NCBI RefSeq assembly: GCF_024521635.1
Contig: NW_026250406.1
Location: 744,001 to 808,000 of the forward strand
DNA: 64,000 nucleotides
Source: Tricharina praecox
Lineage: Eukaryota
Reading direction: 5' to 3'
Below the pieces are notes generated by a model. It was not told the DNA's origin and did not search any database. It was given only the letters and a program-made list of their open reading frames with translations. Position numbers and translations under genes: made by a program. Positions 28,796 through 40,026 of this stretch are shown piece by piece; the first letter of the stretch is position 1, and each line of letters starts with the position of its first letter.

Positions 28796-31700
28796 CGTTC
28801 TCAACCACCTCGTGCTTCTTTTTCTGCTTAGGCTTTGCCTTGCTCTTTGGCGCCGGCTTGTCCTCGCCAGTACTTTCACCCGACTCTGCCTTCTTCTTCT
28901 TCTTCTTCTTCTTATCCTTCCTCTTCTTCCCCTTCTTCTTAGCCGGCCTCTGTTCCTCTTCCTCACTTTCCTCGGATTCTGAACTGGATTCGGACTCGGA
29001 TTCGGACTCGGATTCGGACTCGGATTCCACCACCACGTGCTTCTTCATCCCCTTTTTAGACCTTCTTCTCCTCCGCTGCCCATAATCATCTCGTCGGATC
29101 ATGTCCTCTTTGGCGATGAGACTATCCGACGCCCGTGTCTTCTCCAGGTACTTCTGGAAGTCGAGTGATAGCCTGACCACACGCTTCAAATGGTCTGCCT
29201 GCAGCCGCGGGCGCTCATCGTCACCACGGGCCTCGTATAACGCCAAGCTGACCGCCGTCTGGAACAAGTTTCGGATCTAGCGAGGGTAGTCAGTTAGCAA
29301 AAGCGGAACGAGGGGTACGAGGGAACTAGGGGGTTGGGGGGGGGGCGGTTCCACCTGGCGTCCGTTGAATTCCAGCTTTCGCAGTTCGTCCGAATGGATG
29401 TACCTTGTGGCATTACTGGCCACACGGAAGTCTTGTCGTGCCTTTTCGAAGCGCTTGATGTGGTTCTCCCAGATCCTAACGCGGTCGTTTTCGCCGAGAG
29501 GTGGGTAGTAGACGATGGCGTGGATCCGTGAGGTGAATGCTTCGTCGAACGTACCCACACGGTTCGTCGTAAGGAATAGGATGCCTTTGTAGTACTCTAG
29601 GATCCGCAGAAATACTGTGGGACAATGAAGGGCATTAGTAACGGCGGGGTAGAGGAGACGTCCATGGGCTCCTACCAGATACTAGACTGTTCCTTGCGAG
29701 GTCATCTAGTTCTCGTCGTTGCAAAAAGACATCCGCCTGGCCAAAACTGAACAATTATTCTAATGAGAGAGGAGATGGAGTGTGGCATACCTCGTCGAGG
29801 AGCAAGATAGCATTCCAGTGATGGGCGCTGCGAAATCCAGTCACTATTGTCATGTTATGCTTGCAGACCAGCAGGGGAACTCACAGCCGGAAGTTCTGTT
29901 GAAGATTCTTCTCCAGCTCGCTTGGGTCGATTCCGATATCCCCGCAGGTGATGGGAAACAATGGCCTCATTGTGTACTTGGACATTGTCAGCTACATTGC
30001 TTCGAGAAGCGGGGCTGCGAAGGCGGCACAAACCTCAGCAACGCACTCTGCAGTACTAGTCTTTCCCGTGCCTGGAGCACCATGTAAGAGAACCAGAAGG
30101 CCTTGCCCTTTCCCTCGGATGGCATCGGCCGAGTACAGCTCATATGTCTTGTCACCGGATTTATCATCCGGCGACCTCTGCACATGTGATTGCACAAGAG
30201 CCTTAATGATATCGGTTCTTCCTTCTGGCAGAATGAGATTATCGAACACTTCCCTGTTTGATAGGATCTCGGAGATGTAATCGACATTTAGATTCGCTGT
30301 GGATCCGTCAGCTTGAGGAAGCCGAAAGGAAAAAGGCTAGGGGTGAATCTGTACTCCACCGTCGATCCTTCAAGATCCAACCATACAGACGGTTGTTGAT
30401 GAGGAAACATTGATGAGCGGTAGGTGCCTTGCTCTTCTCCAAGCTTTCGTATCCAAAAAAGGGTTCCTTCCCCCCAGGGTCGGCGAATTTGGTGCCCGAG
30501 TCATTGCGGCACTGCCTGCAGTCGCAGCTTGCCTTGTTGTTCTCCTTCAGCTTCTCGTCTTCAAATCCCGGGAAAGAAAGCTCGTATCGGTGATAGCTTG
30601 CGGAATCAATAACACATCGGCTTTCGACCTGTCATAACTCAGCATACACCCCACCAATCAACCGAAGTAATGCGGTGGACTTACGTGGAGTGGTGGGTGA
30701 TACTCGTACGCAAAAGTGTTGCCATTGTACTCGATATGCAATGGAGATCTCCTATGGAGTTCAAACATCTTGTTTCCACGCTCTTCCAACTCCTTCACCA
30801 AGCTTTTTCCTTCAGTCCTATCTTTGTGATATCTAACAGGATAGATCTCCAGTGATTGAATCTCTCGCGGGTCCTTGAAGTAAGGGATCCAGAACATCTG
30901 GGTGCACCTGCCCCATTTATTCCCGTCATACTCGATGTACCAACACTCAATATTGTAAACGTTCGCCTGTTTCATTGTTAGCACATGGAGATATTGGAAA
31001 GAAAGCCTTAGGGGGAAATACTTTCTCGTAGTACGAGTCACTGAGGGCTACAGCTCTGACCACCATCCCTCTAGGAAAATCGTGAGTCTGGTTGGTGATT
31101 ACGTCGTCTCCGGGCTTGAAGATCATCCAAAGGTTATGGAAGCTACATCTTGGCACCGGATCATTATGAAGTGCCTTCTCCGTCTCCCAAGCCGGCAGCA
31201 CAGACTTCCGTAGAAAACCGAGAAGGAGATTGATGTGCTCGACTCTGGTTTCCATATCGTCGTGCTGGGGATACAGCGTCGCATAATTTTCCAGGTCGGA
31301 AAAGTGATGGTAAAGTAATGGGTATGGTTCGGAGAATATCAGGTTGTCGTCGGTCAGTGATTCGTTAGGATAGTATTTGACTATGGTCCTGATGGCGTTG
31401 GCGAGATACGGAGAGTTGATCACGATCTGAGACGGTATCGCCTCGAACCCAACCCATCTAGTCCGAAGAGTTGCAATCAGTCGTTCCAGTCGTACCACGT
31501 TAGGGGGGCTTCAATACCTCCTAATATCACGCACGTATATCTTCTTTCGAACCTCGATCGCATGCAGAACATCTTTCACGTCTTGCTCCCCCTGCGGTTC
31601 GAATGACGCCTCTTCTCCTGGAACGGTGGCGTGGATACTGGCTCCTGAATATCTGGAGCTTAGGTAATCGACGTGATACTGGATATCGCCCACGACTGTA

Positions 31701-32368
31701 TTCTTCGGTGCTTCTTCTGCCGTGCCTTCATCACCCCCAGGAGAAGCCTCTTCTACTGCAACTACTTCTTCCGACTTGGAAGGCAAGCCTGCCTGGGTTG
31801 TTTCAACTGCATTCAGTCTGTCCTCGAGATGCTGGATATACTCGACGTATTTAGTGGCTGCCCGGATCTGTGGTACACAGGGTCAGTGGGAGGGAGCAAC
31901 TGGTCTAAAAAACGGTAAACAAGCCTTTAGACCCATGGATTGAAACGTCTGTTCCTTCTCCCATTCCCGAGGATCCGAATACCTCAAGTCGTAGCTAATC
32001 CTGGGGTCTAACGGAGAGGGTATGTCGCGAAACATAACAGTTCCAGTTTTTTGTTTAGGCGGCGGTTTGGCCGCCTCTGGTTCCAAATCCTCGTTGGCGG
32101 GGGCTACAGTTTCGATCTTGGGTTCTTCGGCGGTGAGCAGATCCTCGGGATGTTCCTCCTCCTCCTCGTCTCTTCTTTCTGCGGCCCCAGGCCCGAGACC
32201 GAGCTCGCCGCCATCCGGATTCACGGAGTCATCCTTGGCTGGCGGCGGGGCGGTCACGCTTTCGCCGGCCGCAGCTGTGATACGCCGCTCAAACCGAATT
32301 GCGGCGCCGTTGCTGTCCGTCTTTGTTTCCGAAGATATCTCGGGTTCCTCGTATGATTCCATGACCAT
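28596..32368 (-). CDS. Fungal AAA+ ATPase (family with a DUF7025-like N-terminal region and a single AAA module) with a long K/E/S/D-rich C-terminal tail
   Basis: Multi-exon; first in-frame ATG at 32368. Spliced motifs: IVINSPYLANAIRTIVKYYP, EPYPLLYHH, SFHNLWMIFKPGDDV, CWYIEYDG, IQSLEIYPVRY, SCDCRQC, FDNLILP, DAIRGKGQGLLVLLHGAPGTGKTSTAECVAE (Walker A), RPLFPITCGDIG, WNAILLLDEADVFL (Walker B), RNSLVSVFLRILEYYKGILFLTTNRVGTFDEAFTSRIH, FNGRQIRN. The donor of the first intron is uncertain. Confidence 0.92.
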
Positions 32369-32981
32369 CGTTGGAGTTTGCTGCTGCTCTGGGGGCGCAG
32401 GTAGAGACACGGCGAGGTGATGCCACCGACGACTGCTACGGGACGAGCGGGCGGGCCGGTGAGTTGGTGCTTCGCTTGAGTGCTGGAGATATCCAATGGC
32501 ACTTACAGGTCAGTTTTCGCAAATGGAAGGCTTGAGCGTTTAGTACTTATTCGTATCGTACTCGCCTCGGTACTTCAGATCTATTTCACATTCGCCATCT
32601 TGTCCGAACCCCCCACTTGTTGTGCCAATGCACACGGCACCGACATGCATGCATGCATGAACTTCGTATCCGGGTTGGCTATCAGGTGTTCAGGCAGCAG
32701 TGGCTGTCGGGGTGTTACACGGACATGCATGGATGCAGATTACCGTAAAAGACAATCGTCGATTCTCTCTTGATCTACCCCGCACAACGAGGGGGAGAGA
32801 CTGTAGGAGAGCAGATCAACTGGGTGCCAAAAGCGCCCCCACCGCAGCGCCTATCAGAAACCATATCTACATGCATCTTCGGTACTTTATACCATTCTCA
32901 GACTCTCATCTAGTGGTGACGAGTTCGATTCCCAGATTCCATACCCAAAGGCGCCCCTAGTAGCGGCTGTGCGAAATCGAA

Positions 32982-35320
32982 ATGCTTCCAGTCGACATAT
33001 CCGCGCCGGCCCAACAGGTCTGGCAAGCCCTGCTGGAGCGTGACTTTCCAGCCGAAGTCCGTGAAATCCTGCATCGGCCACAGGCGAGGTATCTTCACTC
33101 CCCCTCGGCCTATAGATAGTACGGCAGCTGACCGGCCGCACCAGCTCTCTCCACCCCGTCAACGACCGCAAAGCCAAGGTCAACGCGGCACTCAAGATAT
33201 TCGTGGAGCAGAAGCTCTCGCGGAGCGAGCGCGAGAAGTTCAAGGCCTCGGGAAAGTACCATTCCTTCGAGGATGTAGTCACGCACCTGCAGGAATCGGC
33301 CGAGCACTGGGCAAAGAAGGGGGGCCCGCTCGTCACCGCTAGAGAGACATTGTTGAAGGTCTTGGATCGCCTGGGTCACTTCCAGACACTGTTTAGCATC
33401 TTCCCGAGTCAGTCCGCGTACATGAGCCCCTTTTGTGGTGCGCTGAAGGTGCTTTTGATGGTATGTATGATACGTCTGGGTAGCTGCAAGAGTGCGGCTG
33501 GTGATGTTGATCGTGGGGCGGCGACAGGTCGCGAGTAACTATGAGAGCTCCGTTAGAGAGATTGTGGATGGACTTCTGGAGATCTCGGATGCCACCCGAG
33601 AGGTTGCGGAGTTATCGTGCTTGTTCCATCGGGACGAGATCCAGAAGCACGTTGTCCTATTCTACGCGGACATCCTCACATTCTGCTGGTATGCTTTGGA
33701 GTGGTACAATTCGAAATCATGGAGTAACATCACACACATACAATCCGCTGTCACTTCACCTAGGTATCTAACAGCTTTTCGCAGTGAAACTGGCCAAAAA
33801 CTTCCGTGATTGCGGCTTCAGCAAGAAGATGACGGAAACGATACTCGAGGTCCGGCGCGACGCAAAGAACATCCGTAGACTATCAAGGAACAGCAGCTTG
33901 GCCGAGATCAAGCTTATAGGTGGACAGCTGTCGAATCTTACCCGGGCCAACTGTGATGTGCAGACTACCCTGAACGAGGTCAACAGCGAACTTAGACAGG
34001 TCTCTGATAACCAGCAGTCAATTATACTAGGTGCGAACCCTATCGGTCCGGGGGTCTGCTCTTTCTGACGATGTTGCAACTATGTAGGGCTGGCAAAGGG
34101 CTTGGAAGAGTTGAAAATGCAGACGTGGGCTTCGCATTGGCGACAGTCAATAGAGATCTTGCGTCTGCGGCGTGAGGAGAGAGGACGCATTGAGCCCGGT
34201 ACGACACCAAGTTATGACATTCGTTTTCTCCCTTTTCCTAACAGACAGGCACATACAGTGAAGGAATACAAGAAGAAAAAACCTTTACTTCTCAAGGCCA
34301 GGGATGACGACTCCAGTGAGTTGCTGCCACATCCATACGTTCTATGTATGATTTCATGATAAAATCTGACCGAGCCACAAAGCCTCCAAGGAGACGTCAG
34401 AAGAAGAATCCAGCGTCCGCCGCTACAACCTAGCGGAAGTCATCAAGCAATTCCGAAAATCCACCGGCCTCACAGGCTACAACGTAACCAAGGACCTCGA
34501 AGCCGCTACACGCAAGCAAAGGACCGGCGGGCGATGTCATCCCAGCGACCGCCTCCCATCCTGGATCTCGGGACGGAAATCGCAGCTACTCTGGCTGCAA
34601 GCAACCCGGGCACCGTCTCAGAACACCGGCTCTGCGCTTGCCCACTATGCGGCCGATATCGTAAACTCGGCCGCATACGCTGATATTCCCATCATCCACT
34701 ACTTCTGCAAGCGTACATTAGACTCGGACGATGAGGATGGGGATGAAGACCCCGTGTGCGCGCTCATCAATAGCTTGTCGCTGCAGATACTGCTGCTCTT
34801 CGAGAAGAAGATCCTGGAGACCGATATTGCCCTGGATAGGAAGCGGTTGGCGCGCCTATCCGCATCGCATAAGGAGGCATGGAAGTTTTTTGGGGAGCTG
34901 GTGGGCTTGCAGCCATCACTGGCAGTTGTCATCCACTGTCTAGAGTACTATGAGGATTATCCGGCGGCGATGGACTTGATGAAGCGATTGAACGGCCTGG
35001 TCGAGGGGCGCGGCAAGACAGTACTCAAGGTCCTACTGACAAGCAAACGTCGCACCACGACGCTGCGAAGAAGGATCCCCGAAGATGCTGTGGTGCATTT
35101 TGAAATCGCAAGACACGAGCGTGGTCGGAAGTTGAAACAGAGATTTCGGCGCCGGGCACTAGGGCGAACTGCGGATGCGGCCGATAGGGTCTGGCTGAGC
35201 AGCGGGGATGAGCGTGACACTGCTTCCAGTGAGGATGATCAGGAAAGCGGCTCTGAGGAAGAAGAGGATGATAGCGAGGACTCCGAAGAAGAGGCGGAGG
35301 AGGCCGAGGAGACCGAGTGA
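32982..35320 (+). CDS. NACHT/STAND-like protein: helical N-terminal domain (DUF7708-like), coiled coil, degenerate NACHT-like P-loop fold, acidic tail; no C-terminal sensor repeats
   Basis: Exons approx 32982-33088, 33145-33460, 33528-33723, 33785-34030, 34088-34198, 34259-34315, 34383-35320, all GT-AG and in phase. N-terminal pattern LFSIFPSQSAYMSPFCGALKVLLMVASNYE..FYADILTFCWYALEWYNSKSW. NACHT-like order: RLPSWISGRKSQLLWLQ, IPIIHYFC, ALINSLSLQIL, LAVVIHCLE, LKVLLTS. Confidence 0.75.
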
Positions 35321-36244
35321 TCCGAAAGCAGATAGATTAGGCGGGAGCCGCAGGACCAGGAGATAGGATTTGGTAACTTTATGCACGATATGCAGGTGGT
35401 CCACGGACACGGTTAGAGTGAGCGGGTGGGGAGGGGGCGAATTCAAGTTCAAGTTCGACAGGCGAGACTAGAAGCACTATGAGTGCTTCTTCCTCAGGTC
35501 GCGGGGGGTGGTCGCTGGTCAGGTGCATCGCTTCACAGCTGCGGGGCAGAAGGTTCCAAGCATAACTCCAGTATGATTGGCCCCGGTATGAGAAATGGTG
35601 ATGCGAGGTGGGCGCGGCACCGGCATCTTGGGGGCGAAAGCGTCATGCGGGCGCCCCTATAAGCGAGAAAAATGCATCGGCTCTGGTTTCCAAGCCCAAG
35701 GTTCCGTCGTATATCTCGAGATCCGCACGTAACGCCATGTGCACGGAGTTCGGTTGGTCGATAAGGCCTGAAACCCATGTGCGTGGCGGCCATGGCAGAG
35801 TATTTGCGCAGTTGCCTCTTTCGGCTCCCATTTACGGGATTCCCAGGAGCGGGATCTAGAGTGTTCAACATGCTGGTTAACCTCTTAGGCCAATAGGGCG
35901 CGTACGTGGGGTGGTGGGTGTTTTTGACCCGGTCTTCTCCCGCCTGAGTATTAATTCGGGCAGTACCCCCCCACCTCATTGAGTCGCATCGATAACCTTC
36001 AGCGGAAAAAGGTGATACCATCACCAACCCACGTCCGAACGTAAGAGACACTCGTCCAAGGATCTTGTTCGAAGGTCCGACAACTGAACTCCTCTTGCAT
36101 TGTCGATCTTGCTGCCCAAAAAAGAGACACTCGTCCTACGTCCTCGCCCTCCAAACCACTATAGACGATCGAATTCCTCTTTTCCGTAACGGACGATCAC
36201 CTTGGAGCCCCAAGAAAAGAGCAATCCGGAACGAGAGAAGCCGG

Positions 36245-37390
36245 ATGTCGGACCGAGACACCACCAAGATGGCGCCTTACCAACCCGAAGTCACTCCGGT
36301 GCTCGAAACGTCGCCGCTCATCACCGCGCGCCGCCAGTTCTTTGCCTACATGAGGACGCCGCGTTTCTACCTCGTTCTGTTTATCGGTCAGATACTCTCT
36401 CTATGCATCACGGGCACGAACACCTTCTCCGGCCTTCTGGCCAGCCGCGGTACTTCGATCCCGGCCTTCCAATCGCTCTTCAACTACGTCCTCCTCAACA
36501 TCGTCTACACGTCGTACACTCTATATAAGTATGGGTTTAGAGGGTACCTCAAGATGCTGAAGGAGCGCGGGTGGAAATACCTGATCCTCGCCTTCCTCGA
36601 TGTCGAAGGTAATTACTTCGTCGTTCTGGCCTACCGCTACACCACCGTCATCTCGGCGCAATTGATCAACTTCTGGGCCATCGTCGTCGTGGTCATCATC
36701 TCCTTTGCTTTCCTGCGCGTGCGATACCACTGGACGCAGGTGGTCGGTATCCTGATCTGCTGCGGTGGCATGGGACTGCTACTGGGACGTGATGCACACA
36801 ACGGCATGACGGTCGGCGGAATCCCCACGGAGCTCAAGGGCGACCTCTTCATGCTGCTCGGCGCAAGTTTCTACGGCTTGACAAACGTAGCCGAAGAGTT
36901 CCTGGTCTCGCAATCGCCGCTCTACGAGGTCGTCGGCCAGATCGGATTCTGGGGCATGCTCATCTCTGGCGCGCAAGCGGCAATTTTCGACCGCTCCCAG
37001 TTCCAAAGCGCGACTTGGACAAGCGAGGTCGGTTGGTATCTGACCGGCTTCACCCTGATCATGTTTATCTTTTACTCGACGGTGCCGATCCTGCTGCGAC
37101 TGGCGTCCGCCGCCTTCTTCAATATCAGCTTGCTCACGAGCAACTTCTACGGTGTCGCCATCGGCATCAGGGTCTTTGGTTACGTGCTGGACAAGTATTA
37201 TCCGCTTGCGTTCGTCATGATTATTGTGGGTCTGGTTATTTATTTCATGTTCATTTCTGTGTACGGCGAGGCCAAGAAGCCGTGGCTGGGCGATGATCAG
37301 GCGGCCGGTGTGGTGGGCGTGGGAACGGCGAAGAAGATGGCGCTGAAAGAGCCGGCGGCGGTGGGGCCCCAGGGTGATCGAGTCGTGTAG
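36245..37390 (+). CDS. SLC35F family (DUF914 / SLC35F1-F2-like) multi-pass membrane transporter
   Basis: Intronless ORF with about 10 hydrophobic segments; motifs GQILSLCITGTNTFS, IPAFQSLFNY, DVEGNYFVVLAYRYTT, GDLFMLLGASFYGLTNVAEEF, FFNISLLTSNFYG. ATG at 36245 (alternative 36269). Confidence 0.92.
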   Translation: MSDRDTTKMAPYQPEVTPVLETSPLITARRQFFAYMRTPRFYLVLFIGQILSLCITGTNTFSGLLASRGTSIPAFQSLFNYVLLNIVYTSYTLYKYGFRGYLKMLKERGWKYLILAFLDVEGNYFVVLAYRYTTVISAQLINFWAIVVVVIISFAFLRVRYHWTQVVGILICCGGMGLLLGRDAHNGMTVGGIPTELKGDLFMLLGASFYGLTNVAEEFLVSQSPLYEVVGQIGFWGMLISGAQAAIFDRSQFQSATWTSEVGWYLTGFTLIMFIFYSTVPILLRLASAAFFNISLLTSNFYGVAIGIRVFGYVLDKYYPLAFVMIIVGLVIYFMFISVYGEAKKPWLGDDQAAGVVGVGTAKKMALKEPAAVGPQGDRVV

Positions 37391-37948
37391 GTTTCGGGTG
37401 TGTTATGAAGCTGGCAATGGCTGGCGAGTAATGATGTGCACATACCGTGCGGTGGAGAAGGGGGCATGCGGGCCTGTTGTTCGTTTTGTATGTATGCCTT
37501 GTACACCTTATATGCCCGATATGCCGTGGGTCTCGTGCGGTCGGCCTGGAGATTTACCTATGTGGAATGTATGTAATCGAGTCCCGGTAGAGATGGGTTC
37601 GCTTGAGATTGTTCGTCACGTTCATCGTTGATCACTCGGCTGTTTTCCATGCGCCGCGCCCCACACCCGCAAGTGAAACCGGTAGATTACCGTCATCGCA
37701 CTGGTATTTGGTTATCACGAACGCCCGCGACCAATATCTACACTCTACGATTACGAGGTTGCGCTTCCAGTCTTTTTTTCGCCCTCGCGTCGCACAACAT
37801 AGTGATCATTCTTATTGCCGCCGGTCCTTATTAAGCTAACTACGCACAGGCCACAAAGATCCCCGTCCTTGCTTGCACCATCCAGCCTCGAGCAACTGTC
37901 CGACTGTGTGCCCGCTCACACTCGAGAATCAATCCACATGCCGAAACC

Positions 37949-39024
37949 ATGAGCACTCCACAACACTCCTCACGTACCGCCTCCCGAGCGCAATCTCCCT
38001 CGCAGTCCATATCGCCTCTTCCGACGAACGGCATCATAAATATAGACCCACCTCCGCTGTTCGTCGGGCAAGGCTTTGCCGATTTCAAGGTATCTCCCCC
38101 ATCCCGATACCCGCTCTCTTCCAGCAACTTCCCGCTTCACGCTATTCCCCTCCCCACACAAAACTCACCGCCCCCTCCGACCGACCGGGCCGACCGCTAA
38201 CCTATTCGCAGACATTCAAGGACAAGCTCACGGACTGGGCCATCTCCGCCAAAGCAAGCCCACCTACCACCCCACTCTCCGGCCCCACACTACCACACAC
38301 AAACAAAAAAAACGCGTCGCTTTTCTTCTCTAGTTCATGACTTGAATGGGAGATATCGATCTGGAATGGGGTGGGGGAGGGGAAAGCAGCAGAGCGCGGG
38401 GCTAACTGATTCTGCGGGTTCACTCAACAGTTCTACACGCGCACCAAAAAGTCCGACGCGAAACGGGTCATCGTCGATTGTGCGAGCCCAGTATGTGCCT
38501 TCCACGTGCGCGCGTACATGTGTGCTCGTCGGGGCTGTGTCGTGGTCGGCACCCTGATGCCAGAGCACACTTGTACGCCGGAGGCCATGGTCAACAAGAA
38601 ACGCGCGCCGGCGAGTAAACAGGCGTGGATCCAGCGAGTGCTGCCGGAGACGATCGATGTTACGAGGGATACAACGCCGACCCAAATTATTGAGGCGATA
38701 CAGAAAAAGTGGAACCATACAATACGATATGAGGCTGCTCAGAGGGCTAAAAGCATGGCTCTTGCTGGCGCGGGGCTGATTGGTGGTAGTGGTGTCGGTG
38801 TCGGTGTCGGCGGCGGTGGTGGTGGCGGTGGTGGTAGTGGCGGCAATGGTGGTGGTGGAGGAGTCAATCTTCAGGGCAGCGTAATGGCGGCGACAAGGAC
38901 ACAACTTCATCAGGCGCTTCCACCGCCTCCTCCACCAACGCCGCCACAACAGCAGCAACACCAACAGCATCAGCAGCAGGTGCATCAGCAACAGCAACAG
39001 CAAGTGCATCAGCAACAGCAACAG

Positions 39025-39059
<35 letters not shown>

Positions 39060-40026
39060 ACAGCAGCAGCAACAGCAGCAGCAACAGCAGCAACAACAAC
39101 AGCAACAACAACAGCAACAACAACAGCAACAACAACAACAACAGCAACAACAACAGCAGCAACAACAACGACAGCAGCAACAGCGGCAGGCACAGCACCA
39201 ACAGCAGAATCAGAACCAAAACCACCTGCAAGGAGGTGGGATCAACCCGTCACAAACAATCACAAAAACACCCACCGCAACGCCCACACAGCAACAACAC
39301 CACCCGAATACCATCACCACCTTCCATCACCACCATACCCTCCCGGGCAACAATCTTCTCTTCTCCCCACCACCATCAGCTCCACAACCTTCGCCGCCGC
39401 CCGCAGCTCCAACATTTGCCCCCCCTCAACAACCAGCACCCCCAGCGCCAGTATCAGCACCTCCAGCACCTCCAGCACCTCCCGTGACACCACCACCCCC
39501 TCCGAAGCAGGGCCCAGAATACGCCGCACGTGCCATCCGCATCGCTATCACGGACCCTCTGCTTGCACCCTATCCACGGGCAAGCCACCCATGGCGTGGC
39601 AAATCCGTATTCCTACGTTATGGTATGCTCCGCGGGCCAACACTACGCGACTTGCTTCGCTGCATCCAGCGACATCTACCTCCAGGACGGGTGCCATACT
39701 ACATTACCGGTGCCATCTCGGCGGAAGACGTTCCAGCCGCCGATGAGGTCGGGCATGCCGAAGACATGGAGGGGGGCGGGGAGACTGGCACAGTTGTACT
39801 CAAAGACGATGACGACATAGAGGCGTGGTGGTGGATCTCCGCGGCAAGGCCAATGGAGGTCCAGGTCGTGCTCGACTCTCCGACCGATCCGGCCGGGGAC
39901 ATGGCGCAGATCTTGGGTGTCGAGGCTGTCAATGGCGTTGGCGTCAAGAGGCCCCGTGTTGATGTGGGTGTCTGGGAGGAGGTATTGGGCGAAGAGAATG
40001 GGGGGAGGAGGAGAAGAGTCGGGTAG
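37949..40026 (+). CDS. MuDR/Mutator transposase N-terminal (WRKY/GCM1-type Zn) domain protein with polyG/polyQ/Pro-rich middle and a PB1-like C-terminus; no DDE catalytic domain
   Basis: Exons 37949-38089, 38212-38253, 38431-40026 (second intron GC-AG). Spliced sequence: PPLFVGQGFADFKTFKDKLTDWAISAKFYTRTKKSDAKRVIVDCASPVCAFHVRAYMCARRGCVVVGTLMPEHTC..WIQRVL..TPTQIIEAIQKKWNHTIRYEAAQRAKSMAL. Confidence 0.78.
38947..39210 (+). repeat. CAG/CAA polyglutamine tract (uninterrupted run ~53 Q at 39010-39168)
   Basis: Direct reading of (CAG/CAA)n, in frame with the 37949-40026 gene. Confidence 0.95.

Noticed and set aside
28059..28982. 307-aa hydrophobic, repeat-containing ORF on the + strand
   Set aside because: Antisense reading of the K/E-rich repeat tail of the AAA+ gene.
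32905..32940. tRNA-like GAGTTCGATTCCC (B-box/T-loop-like) in the divergent promoter
   Set aside because: No T-stem pairing or cloverleaf can be formed; at most an isolated B-box-like motif.
35470..35490. 9-bp stem hairpin AGAAGCACT-ATG-AGTGCTTCT after the NACHT-like gene
   Set aside because: Short enough to occur by chance, and intrinsic terminators do not apply to fungal Pol II genes.
38335..39231. 298-aa poly-Leu ORF on the minus strand
   Set aside because: Antisense shadow of the CAG/CAA polyQ tract.
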